Positions 13,401-26,690 are shown, numbered from the stretch's first letter. The stretch: 64,000 nt of DNA from Yuukianura sp. NJ FZ-2021 (GCA_046563655.1 CM102287.1:5022001-5086000), one strand, 5' to 3'. Translations and numbers: made by a program. The notes: generated by a model from the sequence alone, not told the origin.

Positions 13401-16400
13401 CTCCCCTTTGGAACGGAATTACAAAAGACATTTTTTAACGCATCCGAACCTTGCGAGGACTAGTAACATTGTAAGTTATTAGTGGGGTTAAAAAATTTTG
13501 GCGAAGCTTCTACACGTTTGTTTGCCAACAAGAAAAGACGTTCTCCGCCTCCCGCCTTTGTGAACCGAAAGAGTGACTCCTTTGACATTGAAATCCGCGT
13601 GACCTCGATTCACTCCCGGAGACCTTTATTCTGCCATGTTGACATGAGAAATCTCTTCCTCATTCTAAAAACGAACTTCCGCCTCACATACTCACTTTCT
13701 CTCTAGACAAAGCCTTAAGTCTTTTCTGTTACACTGAATTCACGAAGGTCAACACAGTTCTTTTTGTTCTTTTCAGGGGCATTCCCATGATATCATCCAT
13801 CACGGTCGCAACGATCATCTTGACAGGATGTCTCGTGCTGGTCATGGCCAGCGAATTTCCGTTCTTCCCCAAGTTCCTGTCGGACTACTCGTCCAAACTC
13901 AGTCGTGTTCGCAGAGATCGAAGCATTTTTACTGTCCTCGTCATCTTGACACTTGCAATTGCTACCGGTCTTCACCTTGTAAGTAACCCAACCTAACGCA
14001 ATTTAGCCTAACCGGAGTATCCTTCTTTAAAAGATGCTTTAAACGGTGGTTTTAAACGTTCCACTTTCAAACGGCACGTTAAGCAGATCACATGGAAGCA
14101 AAATGTCTCCATAACTTTGAATTTGAAACGCTTAAAATCATGGTCTATTTTTTTTTTCAAGCAGAACGGCATTTACTTTCGTCAAGTTCAGTTTCTTTTT
14201 TTGTAGTTCCAAAGTTAATGTCGCGTGAAAACATTACTATTTCTGTCTTCTTCTTTAGTAATGTCAATGTTAATTCCATTTCTGTTGAGTCGTTACAACT
14301 CCACAACTCGCTTTTCGAAAACTTTTCAAGCCAAAATGATTAACGCATCCACGCGGGATCCTTTGAGTTTGATATGCTCGCTGCATCCATCTTTACTATC
14401 AGTCATCTTCTGAGATGGTTGAAATTGAATGGCACAGTTCCAAAAGATTTGAGAGATCATCTTGAGAAGATGCTCAGACGCATCAACCTCAGAGTGCTAT
14501 AATTTGTTTGAGTAAGTTACTAATCAATTAAGAACTAAGAAAGTGAATAGGTCTTGACACTTGGATCTTCTGGAGAAAGTTTGAAACAAGATAATGGCTG
14601 TAGGTGAAAGTACAGCTCTAGGCTTTACTGTGGTTTGGAGAAAGGAAGACATTAATTTGAACTGAACGATGTACTTTGCCAGTGTTCTGAATTCTTGTGC
14701 TGGAATTAATCCTTTTAAAGATTTTCATTTAATCTCTTTCATAAACTTCCAAGGAAATTTTAGAGATCTAACCTACGCTAAAGTTGCTCTAAAGTGAAAG
14801 TGAAAGCGAAAGATCAAAGAGAAAGTCAAATTTAATCTCGCAAGAGATTTCTTATTTGGACTAAGATTTATCACTTCAAGTTTCACACGATTAACCTAAC
14901 TAGCCTAACCTAGCCTCACCTTGTCAAAATTAGTTTAGCTTAACGTAAAGACAACTTTCAACGGAAATCGATTCTTGGAGGAAAAAAAAGTAGGTTGTAT
15001 TCTGGCGTTGGCTTTACCGTGATTTCCTGTTACGTTGAGCAACTCTTTGATGATGATGAGAATATGATTGGAAATCATAATTTGCAGAGAGCTTGGGAAA
15101 CCGTTACGAAAAACGCGGGAAAATTTATTCGCACGTCCATGAGAAATTGGTTTGCCGCTCATGTCCAACTTCCCTAATGATCCTGTTTCGAAATCCAGGC
15201 TCTCTCGAATGAAAGTTTGTTTACTTTTTGTGCTTTTCCAGCTCAGCTTTACTATATCTGATGAAATACCAGCAGCGACGCGACCAAATAATTCAGAAAC
15301 AAGAGGCAGAAGCGGCCGGGTTCCTTTTTCCAAAATTATCGTTTCACCATCAGCCCTCACTTTTTCCAAAGAACTCGAGGCAACTTCACCATTTGCACTG
15401 TCTGCTTTCCCCGATCTCCAGAATCTCAATTCAGACGGAGAAACAAAAGCTACGGAATTCGGTACAGTCTCGAACTCTACTCTGAATCAATGTTTTCTTT
15501 TCAAAAATCTGATCACGTTCACGTTCATTTTCTTTAAACCTATATAACACATTTTCACAGGAGGAGCAGAAGTTGGAAAGCGAAGGAACATTTTAGCAGA
15601 AGGAGAAATTCAATCAACGCCATCACCAACAGTGATGACAGCTCACGCTAGTTGGGCAATTACAACGGGAAGGCCGCAGCGATCTGCAGAAATTGATTCT
15701 GAGACGGCATTTACCAGCAGTGATCCACTCACTCCAAATCAAAATGAGTCTGACACTGACTATGATGAAGGGCTGGAAGAAAGCGAAAGGGAAAGTTCAT
15801 CTCTCCTAACACTGCTGCGTCATAAGAAAGATTTTGGGCAAGAGTGGTCCAGAGGCCAGCATCTTCCATCAACTTCTTCATCTTCCCAACCATTTTTGAA
15901 GGGTAAGCATGCTGGGATGAAGAACGGAGCAATCGGGCATCCTTCAATGTCGATTTCTGGCACCAAACAAACAGATTTTGAGCCTAATCTTCCTAACCAT
16001 TCGAGAAGATTTGAGAGACATGTTTATGGACAAGCCGACAATGAGTTGCTGGCAAGTGACGTCTTTAGCAACGTCAGAAGAGGTACTATGTCTTCAATGT
16101 TGCAAAACGCACCGCAAGGAAGACTAGACAGGGAGGAAAAAGAGCACAGGAAGCGAAAATACTTAAACTCGAAATGGGTTGACGGTGAAACTTCGAGAGA
16201 AAGTGGCTTAGTCAAAGAGGATTATAGCCGGATTGGTTCAAATCGGATTTACCCTACTCCGTACTTCACTAGCCCCTACACGACCGGGAGACCTTACGTT
16301 GTCGTTCCCTTGAAGTCCCCACCTAGGTCAGCTTATCACTATGGCAGTACAAGAGAATATCAGGAAGTTCAGAAGAGGGGGCCAATGACCTCTAACAGAC

Positions 16401-19400
16401 AGAGTGACCGCAAGAAAGGCAGAGAAAGTGGAGATGATGTCGTGATGACCTCGACACTTCCAACGCTAAGTGACGACGGAGTCTGCGTAGGTGCTCCTCA
16501 TTATGTTGTGTACTCGTGGGTCCTTTGTATGGTGGCTCTGGCAGCATTTTTGAAGCTGTACTTCCTGGTCAAAGCAAGCATCATCTCTCTACTGGCCCTT
16601 ACCTACTCGTTCCTCATCTTTCTTGTCTTCTCCCACTTGTTTGAGGAAGAGGAAGACCTTGTCAATTCGGATTTGAGACTAAGGTGAGTTTAAGTTAAGT
16701 TCGGTTAACTTTAAATTAAGTGCAGAATACTTTTTATGTCAAGTTTGGTTTGGATTAGGTTATATTTCACGTTAGGTTAGGATTGGAATGGGTTTCCCGA
16801 GATAAATTATTTATTGCTTATCAATTGCGTGGTTGACAGGGTGTGAAATCAGAACAGTTTCTCTGGGAGAGAAGTCAGTGAAAGTGGATGGCTCTCTTTC
16901 TCTCTTCTCCACTCAACTTGAATTGACCTCCACTTGGTGTGACCCCAAGGGACTCCTTTATCTCAAGTCCTCAGTCCCCTTAACTTCAACTTCAGCTTAG
17001 CCCTTACACTGGTATAACTTAAGTTATTTTAGGTTTTTTTTAGTATATTCTTTTCTTATTCGAACCAAAACGCACTTGTCTCCTGCAAGCGAAGAAACTG
17101 CCACTTTCTCCACTTTCTAAAGTCCATTTCTTCCACAAATTCTCTTGAAACTGTCGAAGTTTGGGCTGGTTCATGTCCATAACTTTCAGACCAAAAAAGT
17201 AGAATCGTTTTCTAAAAAAGAAAGTAGTTTTTGTTTTGTATTTATTTTTGAATTGATTCTTTTCAGACTTGAAATTCCTGCTCAAATTCAATTGGTGATG
17301 CTGGTTCTTCTGTTCGTCTATGTCGTCATCTATCACTCTCGACTAGTCGAGGTCACTTCCCGTCTCGATTTCCTGTGGAAGAAACAAGCCGAAACGGAAC
17401 TGACGAGCATGAACGAAGTTCGGCAATGCAATTCCCAATTACTCAAAAATATTCTACCCGACCATGTCGCTAGTCACTTCCTCATGTGTGAGGAAAGGCA
17501 AATGGATGTAAGTGAATTTCAAAAAAGTACTTCCAAAAAATGTAGTCTCCGAATTTGTAAAATCGCCGCAGTCAAAGTTTTTTTTTTTGTCTGTTTTGTC
17601 CTGGATAAAAAGACGTTGACATTTGAAAATGTCCAAAATTAGAGAGACACTGCTCGTGTCGACAGTTTATGAAAGTTTATGTCCAATTTTGGACGAAAAG
17701 TGACCTTGGACTTGTCCAAAATTGGATAGAAGTGGTGCTGTGAATTTGATAAATGGATGGCCTCTAAGTCCACTTTATGAAAGTTTATGTGATTTATTTG
17801 GTGTGTCCGTAGGAATTGTACTCCAAGGCGTGGGATCGTGTTGGCGTAATGTTCGCAAGCATACCGAAGTTTATAGATTTCTACTCGGAAGATGTGAATC
17901 AAGGGATAGAGTGTATTCGGCTGCTTAACGAAATTGTTGGTAAGAAATCACTTTTTCAAAAAACGTTCTGATTTTTTTAAATTTGATGGAAAAAGTTTGA
18001 GAACTTTGCATTACATATGGAGAGAAAGCGGAACAAATAAGGCCATTTGTCTTACGAAACTCCACAAAATTTATCATATACAATGTACATACTGACAGAA
18101 TTTAGATTGGATAGTGTGTAGCACTAGCTACATGATACGTTCTAAAAATCGTCGGCGTTGCGCTTCAACTCCTAAATTTTAATTTTTGACATCAATCAAT
18201 TTTTTCATGTTTGAAAAAAGAAGTTTTTGAATTTTACAATTTTTCTAAAAATTCAGTAACAATTCCATAACTTTCACTTCCGTTTATGCTGTGTGGTTTT
18301 CTGCTCTTTTTTTTATATGGCGTTAAAGTGTTGGTGTGAGTTTCAGCCTTGGTTAGGTTGGATGAGACGCGTATTAATTTGTTTATTTTAATTATTTAAA
18401 TGTATAAATTATTGTATTAGTTTCGCATTTGTTATTATACGTTTAATACCTAGTAACAATAATTCGTATGAATTCTGTTTGAACAGTTGATTTTGATGAG
18501 CTGCTGGACGAAAGAAGATTTTCCTGCATAGAAAAAATCAAAACAATTGCCAGCACTTACATGGTTTGCTCAGGGCTCAGTCCAGAAGATCAGGTAAGAA
18601 TAAACTTATGTTCTTCGTTCTTGCATAACATAAAGTTACTTTGCCTAACCTAATTTCGACATAAATACTAACATTAGCCGAATCAACCTAACACCCCAAC
18701 CATCTCAAAACGTAAAAACTTGACTTACCTTGCCCTTGAATTTTGAAAAGTGAAATTTAGTATTTTTAGTCTCGTATTCGAAAAGAACGAGCGAAGAATA
18801 TTGAATTTCTTAAATAAAGAAGAGAATTTGAAAAAAGTGTTTTTAAAAACTTTGCTATTTTGGAAATTTTAGATAGAACCAAGAAGTATCCAGCACTTGT
18901 GCACTCTAGTGGAATTTGCTCTGGAGATGCGTGATAAACTGAATAACTTGAACAAGCATGCTTTCAACAGTTTCCAACTTCGAGTCGGTAAGTTTATTAT
19001 TCTGAGCGCTTCCTACCCACTTACTTTATCCCTACTTACGAAAAAACTTCAACTTTTTCTAAAAATTTGAAAAAAGTTTAGCTCAAAAGGATATTTCTTA
19101 AAGTGAGTTGGTAAAAAACATTCTTGTGGCTTAAGTCGATTTAGAAAAAAAAAAGTTTTTCCCAAGAAATATTTGTGCTCTGAATCCAACTTTCTCCATG
19201 TAACATATCAGACACTCCCTAGCGTTTTTGGAAAGTGAAAGTAGAATTCCGAAAACCGAAAATGCTTAAAGATTACCACAATCCAAAACCGGCGGGTTAG
19301 TTTAAGAAACAACATTTTCGTGTTTCTGTTTTAGAACCACCGCAAAAGCGTAGCGTGTTTCCACATTATACTATTTCCAGCGTTTGAATTTCTCGGTCTC

Positions 19401-21331
19401 GCGTTCTACAAACACATTTCTCAGGGGTTACTTTAGAAAATTTGTTTGAAAAAAAGACCTGAAATGGCCGCCAGTCACCTAAATTTCGTTTTCAACACAG
19501 TGCTAAATAAAGTCATCCGAGATACTTTCAGTGAAAGTTTCCCATAACGGCATGATATTCGTGTTACCCTAAACTAAAGCTTGTTATAACTAGACCTGGT
19601 AAAAATATTTACTAAAAACACCCCAAATATTTACTTAAAAATTTACTCAAAAGGGCCAAATATTTACTAAAATATTTACTAAAAAACTAATATTTATGAA
19701 AGTTCTAACAAGAATTAGACGGATTTTTGAGAGAAACAATTAAGTTAACATAAAAAACAACGCTTTTCTTCAGATTTTTCACGGTTGAAATGTAAAACCG
19801 AAAAATGCAGGGCGGCAGACTACAAAGTACACCTTGCATTTTTCATTCTATCGCTCAGTATTGTTTTATCAGCAAAATATTTCTGTACGATATATGAAAT
19901 TTCGTTAAAAGTACATAAGAAAACCAACGAGTACTGATTTTAACAATTGCCTTGAAACGTTGTACATAAATAAGAGTAAAATTTAATGCAGCGCAATTGC
20001 GCAATTGGAATTATGTTTTGCTCCGTCTACTTGACCTAAACTGGGTTTGCAATGTACAGTTTTGGGCTAACTGGAGCGATGTCAACGAGAAAAGGCATTA
20101 AAAGTAAGAAGAAAACAAGATTATAACCCGGTCTTGCCACGATTTTGTCGAAAAACCACACAAACATATTGGCCTGATCACCAAGAAAGATGAAATTTTG
20201 GCAAAATTCCCGAAAAATTTAAAAAATATTTACATTTTTTCAAAAAAACGCCAAAAATTTAAAAAAATATTTATATTTTCTAAAATCGCGAAATATTTTT
20301 TTTAAATAAAAAAATATTTAATATTTAAAAAAACATTTTTACCAGGTCTAGTTATAACACAATTTCTGGACGTTTTTTAAATTGAAAATTTTTCTAAAAT
20401 CTTCCGTTAAAATCTTGAAATCCAGACCAACTAATTTCTTAACTGTAAACTTAAGCTCTCGATCATTAACTCTTAATCTAACGTTTGAGTTTATCGAAGT
20501 CGTCAATCTCATTTTTAAGTTTTCGCTAGTTTGGGTGAAACGAATCCAAAGAAATTGGATTGATTAAGCTAGTTTAGGTTAGTAACCTAAAGTTTGTGGC
20601 ACTAGTTGGACTTATGTTTTTTGTTTTGTTCCAGGAATCAGTTATGGTCCAGTTGTTGCAGGGGTAATTGGAGCCAGAAAGCCAAACTTTGATGTTTGGG
20701 GGAACACTGTGAACGAAGCGTCGCGGATGGACAGCACCGGCGTCGCCGACTCAATTCAAGTCACCAAGGACGTTGCTCAAGTAAGAACAAGAAAGGAAAC
20801 TTTCTTCTTTATTTCTGCTCTGATTTATGGAGGTCACGTCCTCTGGCCTCCCAAATCCAGTAGAAATTTGGGGAAAGTTGGTGGATTCACTGGACTCTGC
20901 TCTTTTATTACACTCTGCTCAGAATTGATAGGATTTGTACGTTTGGTTTGACAGATTCTGCAGGCAAATGGATTCATTCTGGAGAGGAGAGGGATGGTCC
21001 AAGTGAAAGGCAAGGGCGAGATGGAGACGTTCTTTGTCCGTGGACGAGGAAGAAAGACGTTCGACAATCTGCTGGATAGAGGGGAGCTCCAGAACAGAAA
21101 GACGCTGGCAGCAGTTGTCTTTGGCATGGTTCAAGCCAGGAGAAGACAAACGATACGAGGGAAAGGTCAGTTTTTGATCTAAAAATATAACTTTTTGGAA
21201 GGTTTAAGAAAATATACTAAATTTTGAATGTTTTTTGGCACACAGCATCGGCTGACATCTTGGGTCCACCTCCGACGAAGCATGTGAGAGCAGCAAGCTA
21301 TCGAAAATCGGACCCTGTCAAGAATCCATAA
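1189..21331 (+). CDS. ADCY8: Membrane adenylyl cyclase, type 8-like (AC8/Ac78C group), ~1612 aa from 24 exons; further upstream exon(s) possible
   Basis: Frame-consistent GT-AG exons: 1189-1530, 1660-1951, 2110-2212, 3017-3107, 4146-4350, 5128-5268, 7286-7365, 7512-7559, 7675-7776, 8169-8305, 8464-8557, 10610-10906, 12787-13017, 13091-13188, 13777-13978, 15242-15461, 15561-16683, 17267-17507, 17813-17939, 18487-18593, 18873-18987, 20635-20780, 20955-21165, 21246-21331 (sum 4839 nt, ends TAA). C1a motifs [51 protein letters not shown]2a motifs [50 protein letters not shown]8-like N-terminal [24 protein letters not shown] and C-terminal [11 protein letters not shown]. First exon begins at a splice acceptor with an in-frame ATG at 1222. 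Confidence 0.93.
4440..4483. repeat. Perfect 16-bp inverted repeat (hairpin, 12-nt loop) in adenylyl cyclase intron
   Basis: aaccgcttgacctagt (4440-4455) is the exact reverse complement of actaggtcaagcggtt (4468-4483). Confidence 0.85.
5836..5858. repeat. (TG)n microsatellite inside the Helitron-like element
   Basis: Uninterrupted tgtgtg... run of about 11 units. Confidence 0.9.
5964..6810. repeat. ~120-bp minisatellite array rich in TGACCT
   Basis: Unit 'tgacctttgacctttgacccagagcagtgacctcatgcgaaatcaaaggaaacataggcatgtaatatatcaatcgaaagggtaggtcaaatgaa..' occurs as near-identical copies at ~5964, ~6087 and (partial) ~6210, with diverged copies to ~6810. Segment ~5864-5990 is also duplicated at ~6274-6390. 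Confidence 0.85.
10466..10493. repeat. (CT)n microsatellite
   Basis: ctctctct... run in the intron upstream of AC exon 10610. Confidence 0.85.
19591..20350. mobile_element. Non-autonomous hAT-type DNA transposon (MITE), 760 bp, in AC intron
   Basis: TIR tagacctggtaaaaat (19591-19606) / atttttaccaggtcta (20335-20350). Flanked by 8-bp duplication gttataac (19583-19590, 20351-20358). Subterminal aaatatttactaaaa-type repeats. No transposase ORF. Confidence 0.8.
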
Positions 21332-22125
21332 TCAATCATTACGTTTTAAAATCAACTTTTAAAAATTGTAAAGTTGGAATCTGAAATTACTATTGTTGGA
21401 TTTCAATTGTTGGAAATCAAAAGTCAGTTTGACTTTAATAATGTTATTGTGATTCTCAACTATTGATAACTATGTTTTACAATGTTAGATGTTTAACTTT
21501 AAAACGTTTTAATGAGATTTTTTGACTCTGTCAAGAATGTGAATGGTTTTTTAAAGAAACTTGGTTAGGTTAACAAAAGTGTATAATTGCTGTATATACC
21601 ACATACCACGTTTAGACCATAATGTAAAAATGTAATCTGAAGTATAAGCATCAAAGATCTCTACCACCTACATAAGTTAATTGTTATTTACTAAGGTTAG
21701 GTTAAGGAAATTTTAAAAGCCCTTTGGCTTCTGTTTTTTTTAAATTAAAAACAACTTTACAGCGATTTCTGTTTTGTCATCGCTCGCTAGCTTCAAGACG
21801 AACAACAGCGGTTCACATTAGTCTGTGATGTATTCTTCCAAACAACGCACTTCTAATTCTTATTTTTGTTCAACACACGAATATGGAAATTTGTAGCCTT
21901 ATTTCAAAAATTTCGAAAAATAAGGTCTAGCACATTCAGTATCCTTAGTGTGAATTTTCGAAGTTGTTTTTTTTTGAATTTGGCAATATTTTATATGGAG
22001 ATTAGTTCGATTTGAAACGTTTGCAAATTTTATGCACATCTTGCGCCGATGGAAGTTTCTCCCACAGTTTGAGGGACGGAGATGCTGAAAGTACTGCAAA
22101 GAAATTGTGATGGAAAATGCAAGAA

Positions 22126-23451
22126 CGAAATTCAGTTCGCTTTGCGTTTAGTTTGAAGAATTTGCAGCGTCTCGAATTGGCAAAAACGTCTTCCCATTTT
22201 TTTCAAATTTCATCAAGATTTTTATGGAGCGTTTTTTGCAAAATTTTTGCACCAAATTATTCGACATGTTGTTTTGCAACGTGAACCGGACGAAAGTGCC
22301 ACAGAAATTGCAACAAAGTTGAAATTTTTAGAATTTTCTAAAAACGGAAAACTAGTTCTGCTTGAGAAGCAGAACCATTTTTTTTTATTCATTCCTTCCA
22401 TCAGTACAACATCAGCACACCATCAGTAGAGCATCAGTACAGCAGCCGTCCACCATCAAACTGAAAAAGTTGAGGCAAGAAGCGGCCACTTTTGAATGGA
22501 TTAATCCCTCAACTTTTTCATCCATTCAAACTATCTCCATACAAAATATTCCAAAATTCAAAAATACTTTGCAAATTCATATTTTCCGAGCAGATCGCTT
22601 CCCAGCGCTATTCTATTTTTTGCAAAAAGTCCGCACATTTCTCGGAATTTATTCGCGAAGAGATTAGCTCTCTTAATGCATTCCATTCACCAGAGATGAA
22701 TTTTCAACGTTTTGAAGTTTTTGCGAAAGTTGCAAAATTTTCACCGTGCAAAATTCTGCACATTTTTTTGAACTTATTCGGGAAGAGATTAGCTCTCTAA
22801 CGCATTTCATTCAGGAGAAATGAATTTTCAGTTTTAAATCTTTTTTTTAATTTTTTGAGAGAGATTTTGCATGGTGAAGTTGAGGAGTCTTCTGAAAAGT
22901 GTCCGGAGCTGCAAGGGGATCGTACGGCTCAAAAAGTTTCCCTGTCACTCTCAATTTTTATTTTTTTTTCCCGGCAGTCGCTTCGGCGGCACAACAAAGG
23001 ACGAGGGGGGAAGCCCTTTTTGCTCCGTATATTCCCCTATCTCAAATCTCACAAAATCCCTGTTTTGCACTCGGAATCTCTGCCCTATCCAAAGTTTGGA
23101 GGTATATCTTCTGCAAACTCGCGAAGGTTCTATGGGAGAGATAGGGAATTTCACTTTCTCTCAGGGTAACAGCTCTGGGCATCTCACTTCTCCCTATCTC
23201 ATACATGGGGGCACATTTTAGTTAAAGTTAGGTTAGGTTAAGTTAGGGTAATGAGCGGCCAAAACTAATTACAGATTCGTAATCAGCGTAAAAAACTGAG
23301 TTAATTGAGATTTTTATCTCAATTAAATGAGCTTCGCGAGTTTCCGAAAGGAGTTCCAGTTTGGATTCCAAACACGCTTAAAGACGCAGCATTTTTGCCA
23401 ATTCGAGATGCTGCAAATTCGTGAAATTAACGCAAATCAAACTGAATTTCG
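22126..23451. repeat. Degenerate foldback/MITE-like relic between the 3' ends of AC and MARCH5
   Basis: ~60-bp imperfect inverted repeat, cgaaattcagtt...ctcgaattggcaaaaa (22126-22186) vs tttttgccaattcgag...aactgaatttcg (23392-23451). Internal imperfect tandem duplication 'ttattcg.gaagagattagctctc...atgaattttca' at ~22648 and ~22774. Confidence 0.5.
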
Positions 23452-23860
23452 CGATTTCATCGCTGTACGTAAGAAATCTTTTAATTTTCATAGTTTTTGA
23501 TGGTTTAATCAGCGGATAGAAGCGGAATAACTGGAAAATCTTTTTTGGTTATACCTTTCAGCTTTAACGGCAAGACATCAATCAACTAATTCGCCAATTT
23601 ATACGTTAAATAACTTGTCAACGATCAGCGGAGATGGAGAAACACGTACAGCATTTAATAATTGAGTCTACACCAGTAATAGATCGTCAATATCGATCCG
23701 ACGTACTTGTAAACAAGAGGACTATAAAGTTAGCGTGTCAAATTCAGACTCTAGTGTCATAAATAAACTAATTCAGAATAACAATTGAGATTAATCTCTG
23801 TCGATTTAAATTGGTTGTCACAGTTTAGACTTAAAAGGATGACCGTCTCGGTTAGTCTTT

Positions 23861-25427
23861 TCAGGAGTAGTTTGACCTTGCTCCTCCGTTTTCATCTTCA
23901 ACGTCCTCATGGAAATCCAGAATTTTACGCTCAAAGGTCCTCGAATATTTCTGCTGCTTATGATACAGGCGAAGAACGCCCTTGATTGTAATGAAGGCAA
24001 CTCCACCCTACGTAAAAATCAATTCAATTAGGTTATCATTTCACAATAAGCGACAGGTCGCTTGAACTGGTATGTAAATGATTGTGCTGCGAATTTTTTG
24101 GCGTAACGACTTACAAGAAGTGCCCTTTGAAAATTTGACTTGACATTTTCAAACAGGAGTTTCCCGAGCAATGTTGAGATTGTGGGGAGAAGAAGGGCAC
24201 CACAAAGGATTCGGGTAGCCGAAACTGGGTCAGATAATGGTGGCAGATCTTGACTCACGCCTTGCTCTACAACTGAGGGCGCCCTAGAATCATAACAAAT
24301 CACAAAGAACTATTTAGTGATTACAGGGTTATGTAACCTGCTAGTAGTTTACTTACTTCAAACTGGGAAGGATGTGCCTCAGAAGTGGAATTCTCCAGGA
24401 ATGTTTCCTCATAAAGCGGAGAACTTGATCTTCCCATCGGATCATTTTACTTAAGATCAGCATGACAGGAATTGTCGGAAGGCCTACGAGGAGAACGAGC
24501 GGATCTGCCTGTTCCATTAAACCCAGACCTTCCTTATGACCGGCAACCTAAGTGAGTAAACACAAACACAAATTTTACGTTGAAGAGAGCAGAGCCGAGC
24601 CGAGGTTAATAAGTCGAATTGTAATTTAATTACCTGCATAACTGTGACAGCTCCGTATGTAACAGCGGTCCAATAGATAGATCCAACTACAAGGCCAGCG
24701 GCGACGAAAGGACATACTCTAGAAATCAAGGCATCCAGCGAATCCATGATAATAACTAAAGGCCCTGCAAGATATCAGAAAAGAAACGTCAGTACTTTGT
24801 TTTGTATGTAAGTCAGCGAGCACATTGTGCCAACTAAATCAGTTACAAAGTCAAACGGTTAAAGTGAACTGTGCCTTACCTTGTTTAGGGTAGACGATAT
24901 AGTACTCGGTATTGCATTGCGGACATGAAACTTTGGCTGTTGTGTTTCCCTTTTGCTTCTCGTCGATCCATCGCTGAATGCAAGCCTGATGAACCCACTT
25001 TGTTGTGCCGCGGCAACGACAAGGTTTCACCCATTGGGCAGTCATGTCATCCTCATCAGTAGCAAAACACACCCAGCAATAACGTTTACTGCAAAGTAGA
25101 AAAGTATGTGAGAAACTAATCTTGCCATATCTGCTTTACTTCTTTGAATCCTTACTTGTCATCCACCGCAACATTAGTTTCTGATTGAATATTCCGTTCT
25201 ACTATGTCCGGATGGTTTCTGGGAGACGAAGTAACAGGATTATTTAGCTGATTCTGAATAGATGGTGGAACTTCTGAAGATCCGTTGAGCCCAGCAGTGA
25301 CACCATCAGCATTTGCACTCAATGTGCGCTTGTGTAGGGAATCCCCTTGTCCAAACTCTGAATTATTAGCACTGCTGTTGAAAAGGCTTGCCGCTGACCC
25401 ATCAACCCAATCCGACTCTCCTGACAT
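23861..25427 (-). CDS. MARCHF5: E3 ubiquitin-protein ligase MARCH5 (MITOL), 372 aa, 6 coding exons
   Basis: Exons 25427-25156, 25088-24880, 24764-24634, 24547-24357, 24283-24115, 24007-23861 (1119 nt). RING-CH CWVCFATDEDD..WVKPCRCRGTTKWVHQACIQRWIDEKQKGN..CPQCNTEY. TM motifs CPFVAAGLVVGSIYWTAVTYGAVTVMQV, ADPLVLLVGLPTIPVMLILSKMIRWED, DPVSATRILCGALLLPTI. Start context ttccaccATG. Confidence 0.95.
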
Positions 25428-26690
25428 GGTGGAATTTAGATTCCTCCCTTGCGGTCTTGCTCTTTTGCTGGTTCGTTAGCTGTCCTTGTCCACCCAAATC
25501 TACACAACAAAAACACAAATAATGTTCAGATTATCCCAATCCAGCATGTGAGTCAGATGTTCGATTCCAATCCAATGATTCTCTTCGAGTTATTACATGC
25601 AAGTTGCATGATGCAAGAACACGGACACAACACACAAAGACGTACGTACCTTCGTAAAATGATTTCCAAATTGCTATGTGAAGTTCTGAATTTTCAAGCA
25701 GTGATTGAAGAACCTTTGCGAATTTATTTTCTAAATACAAAACAAAAATGTGTTATCATACTAGTTACAGTATGGCTTCTAAATTAGTTAAATAAAATAG
25801 ATTTGTCTCTTACCATTTACTAATCGGAATTTTCAAATCAAACAACTGAACTTCGCACGGAAACTTTAGTTGAAGTCGATGAGCTTTTAATTAATTAGAT
25901 GTTATGTACGGTACGACTGTTTGATTTTTCAAACAAATCAGGTGATTCACATTCAATCAATTGAACTTGAATGAAATTGAAATTTATGAATTTTGAATTT
26001 GATCGATGAATCATCAAAAAATGAATTTTTCAAAAACTTTTGAAACTGGCGCGCTTTCTCATTCAAAATAGTATTTTGGTCTGGAAAAAAAAACTTGAGT
26101 TTAGCGTCAGTGCTTCTTATGAACACGAAATTATTTCAGAAACTTTTTCGCTTCTTCTGCTGCTAAAATTGAACTCTCAACAGTTTAAGTTCGAAGTTGC
26201 AATTAATTAATTATACTTAAACCAAATATGATTAATTATAACTTTATTCACAGTAGGCTCTTTATTTACTTGTAATCTTCGTTTCTTCCAATTGAATAAT
26301 ATGGCTAACCGTGCAGTTTAACTTTTTGTCGTAGTTTTTAGCGTTCATCTTCATACCAACTTGCACAAGCTGTTAAGAGTAAAGTGGTTTAGATAATTCT
26401 GCTAGAGAAACACGCCGCATTCATTTGCAAACGAACCTCCGATGTACTTTCTGATGTATTTTAGTTTTGTTAGAACTTCTACGACCCTTATATTCAGTAT
26501 TCGTTTGACTATATGCCTCCACTTGCTTTTGGATTTCCAAACAACAAAAAGGACTTTACTTGGTACGAGCATAGAAGAGAGCTCTTTGGTTTCGACTAAA
26601 AATAAAAACCAACTGTAAAATGGTCTCTATTCAACGTGGAAATAAATGAATTTCATCTTTCACAAGTCTTTCACAATTGTTTACTTGCAG

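Noticed and set aside
14935..15429. 164-aa minus-strand ORF
   Set aside because: Overlaps AC exon 15242-15461 in antisense and has no independent motif or splice support.
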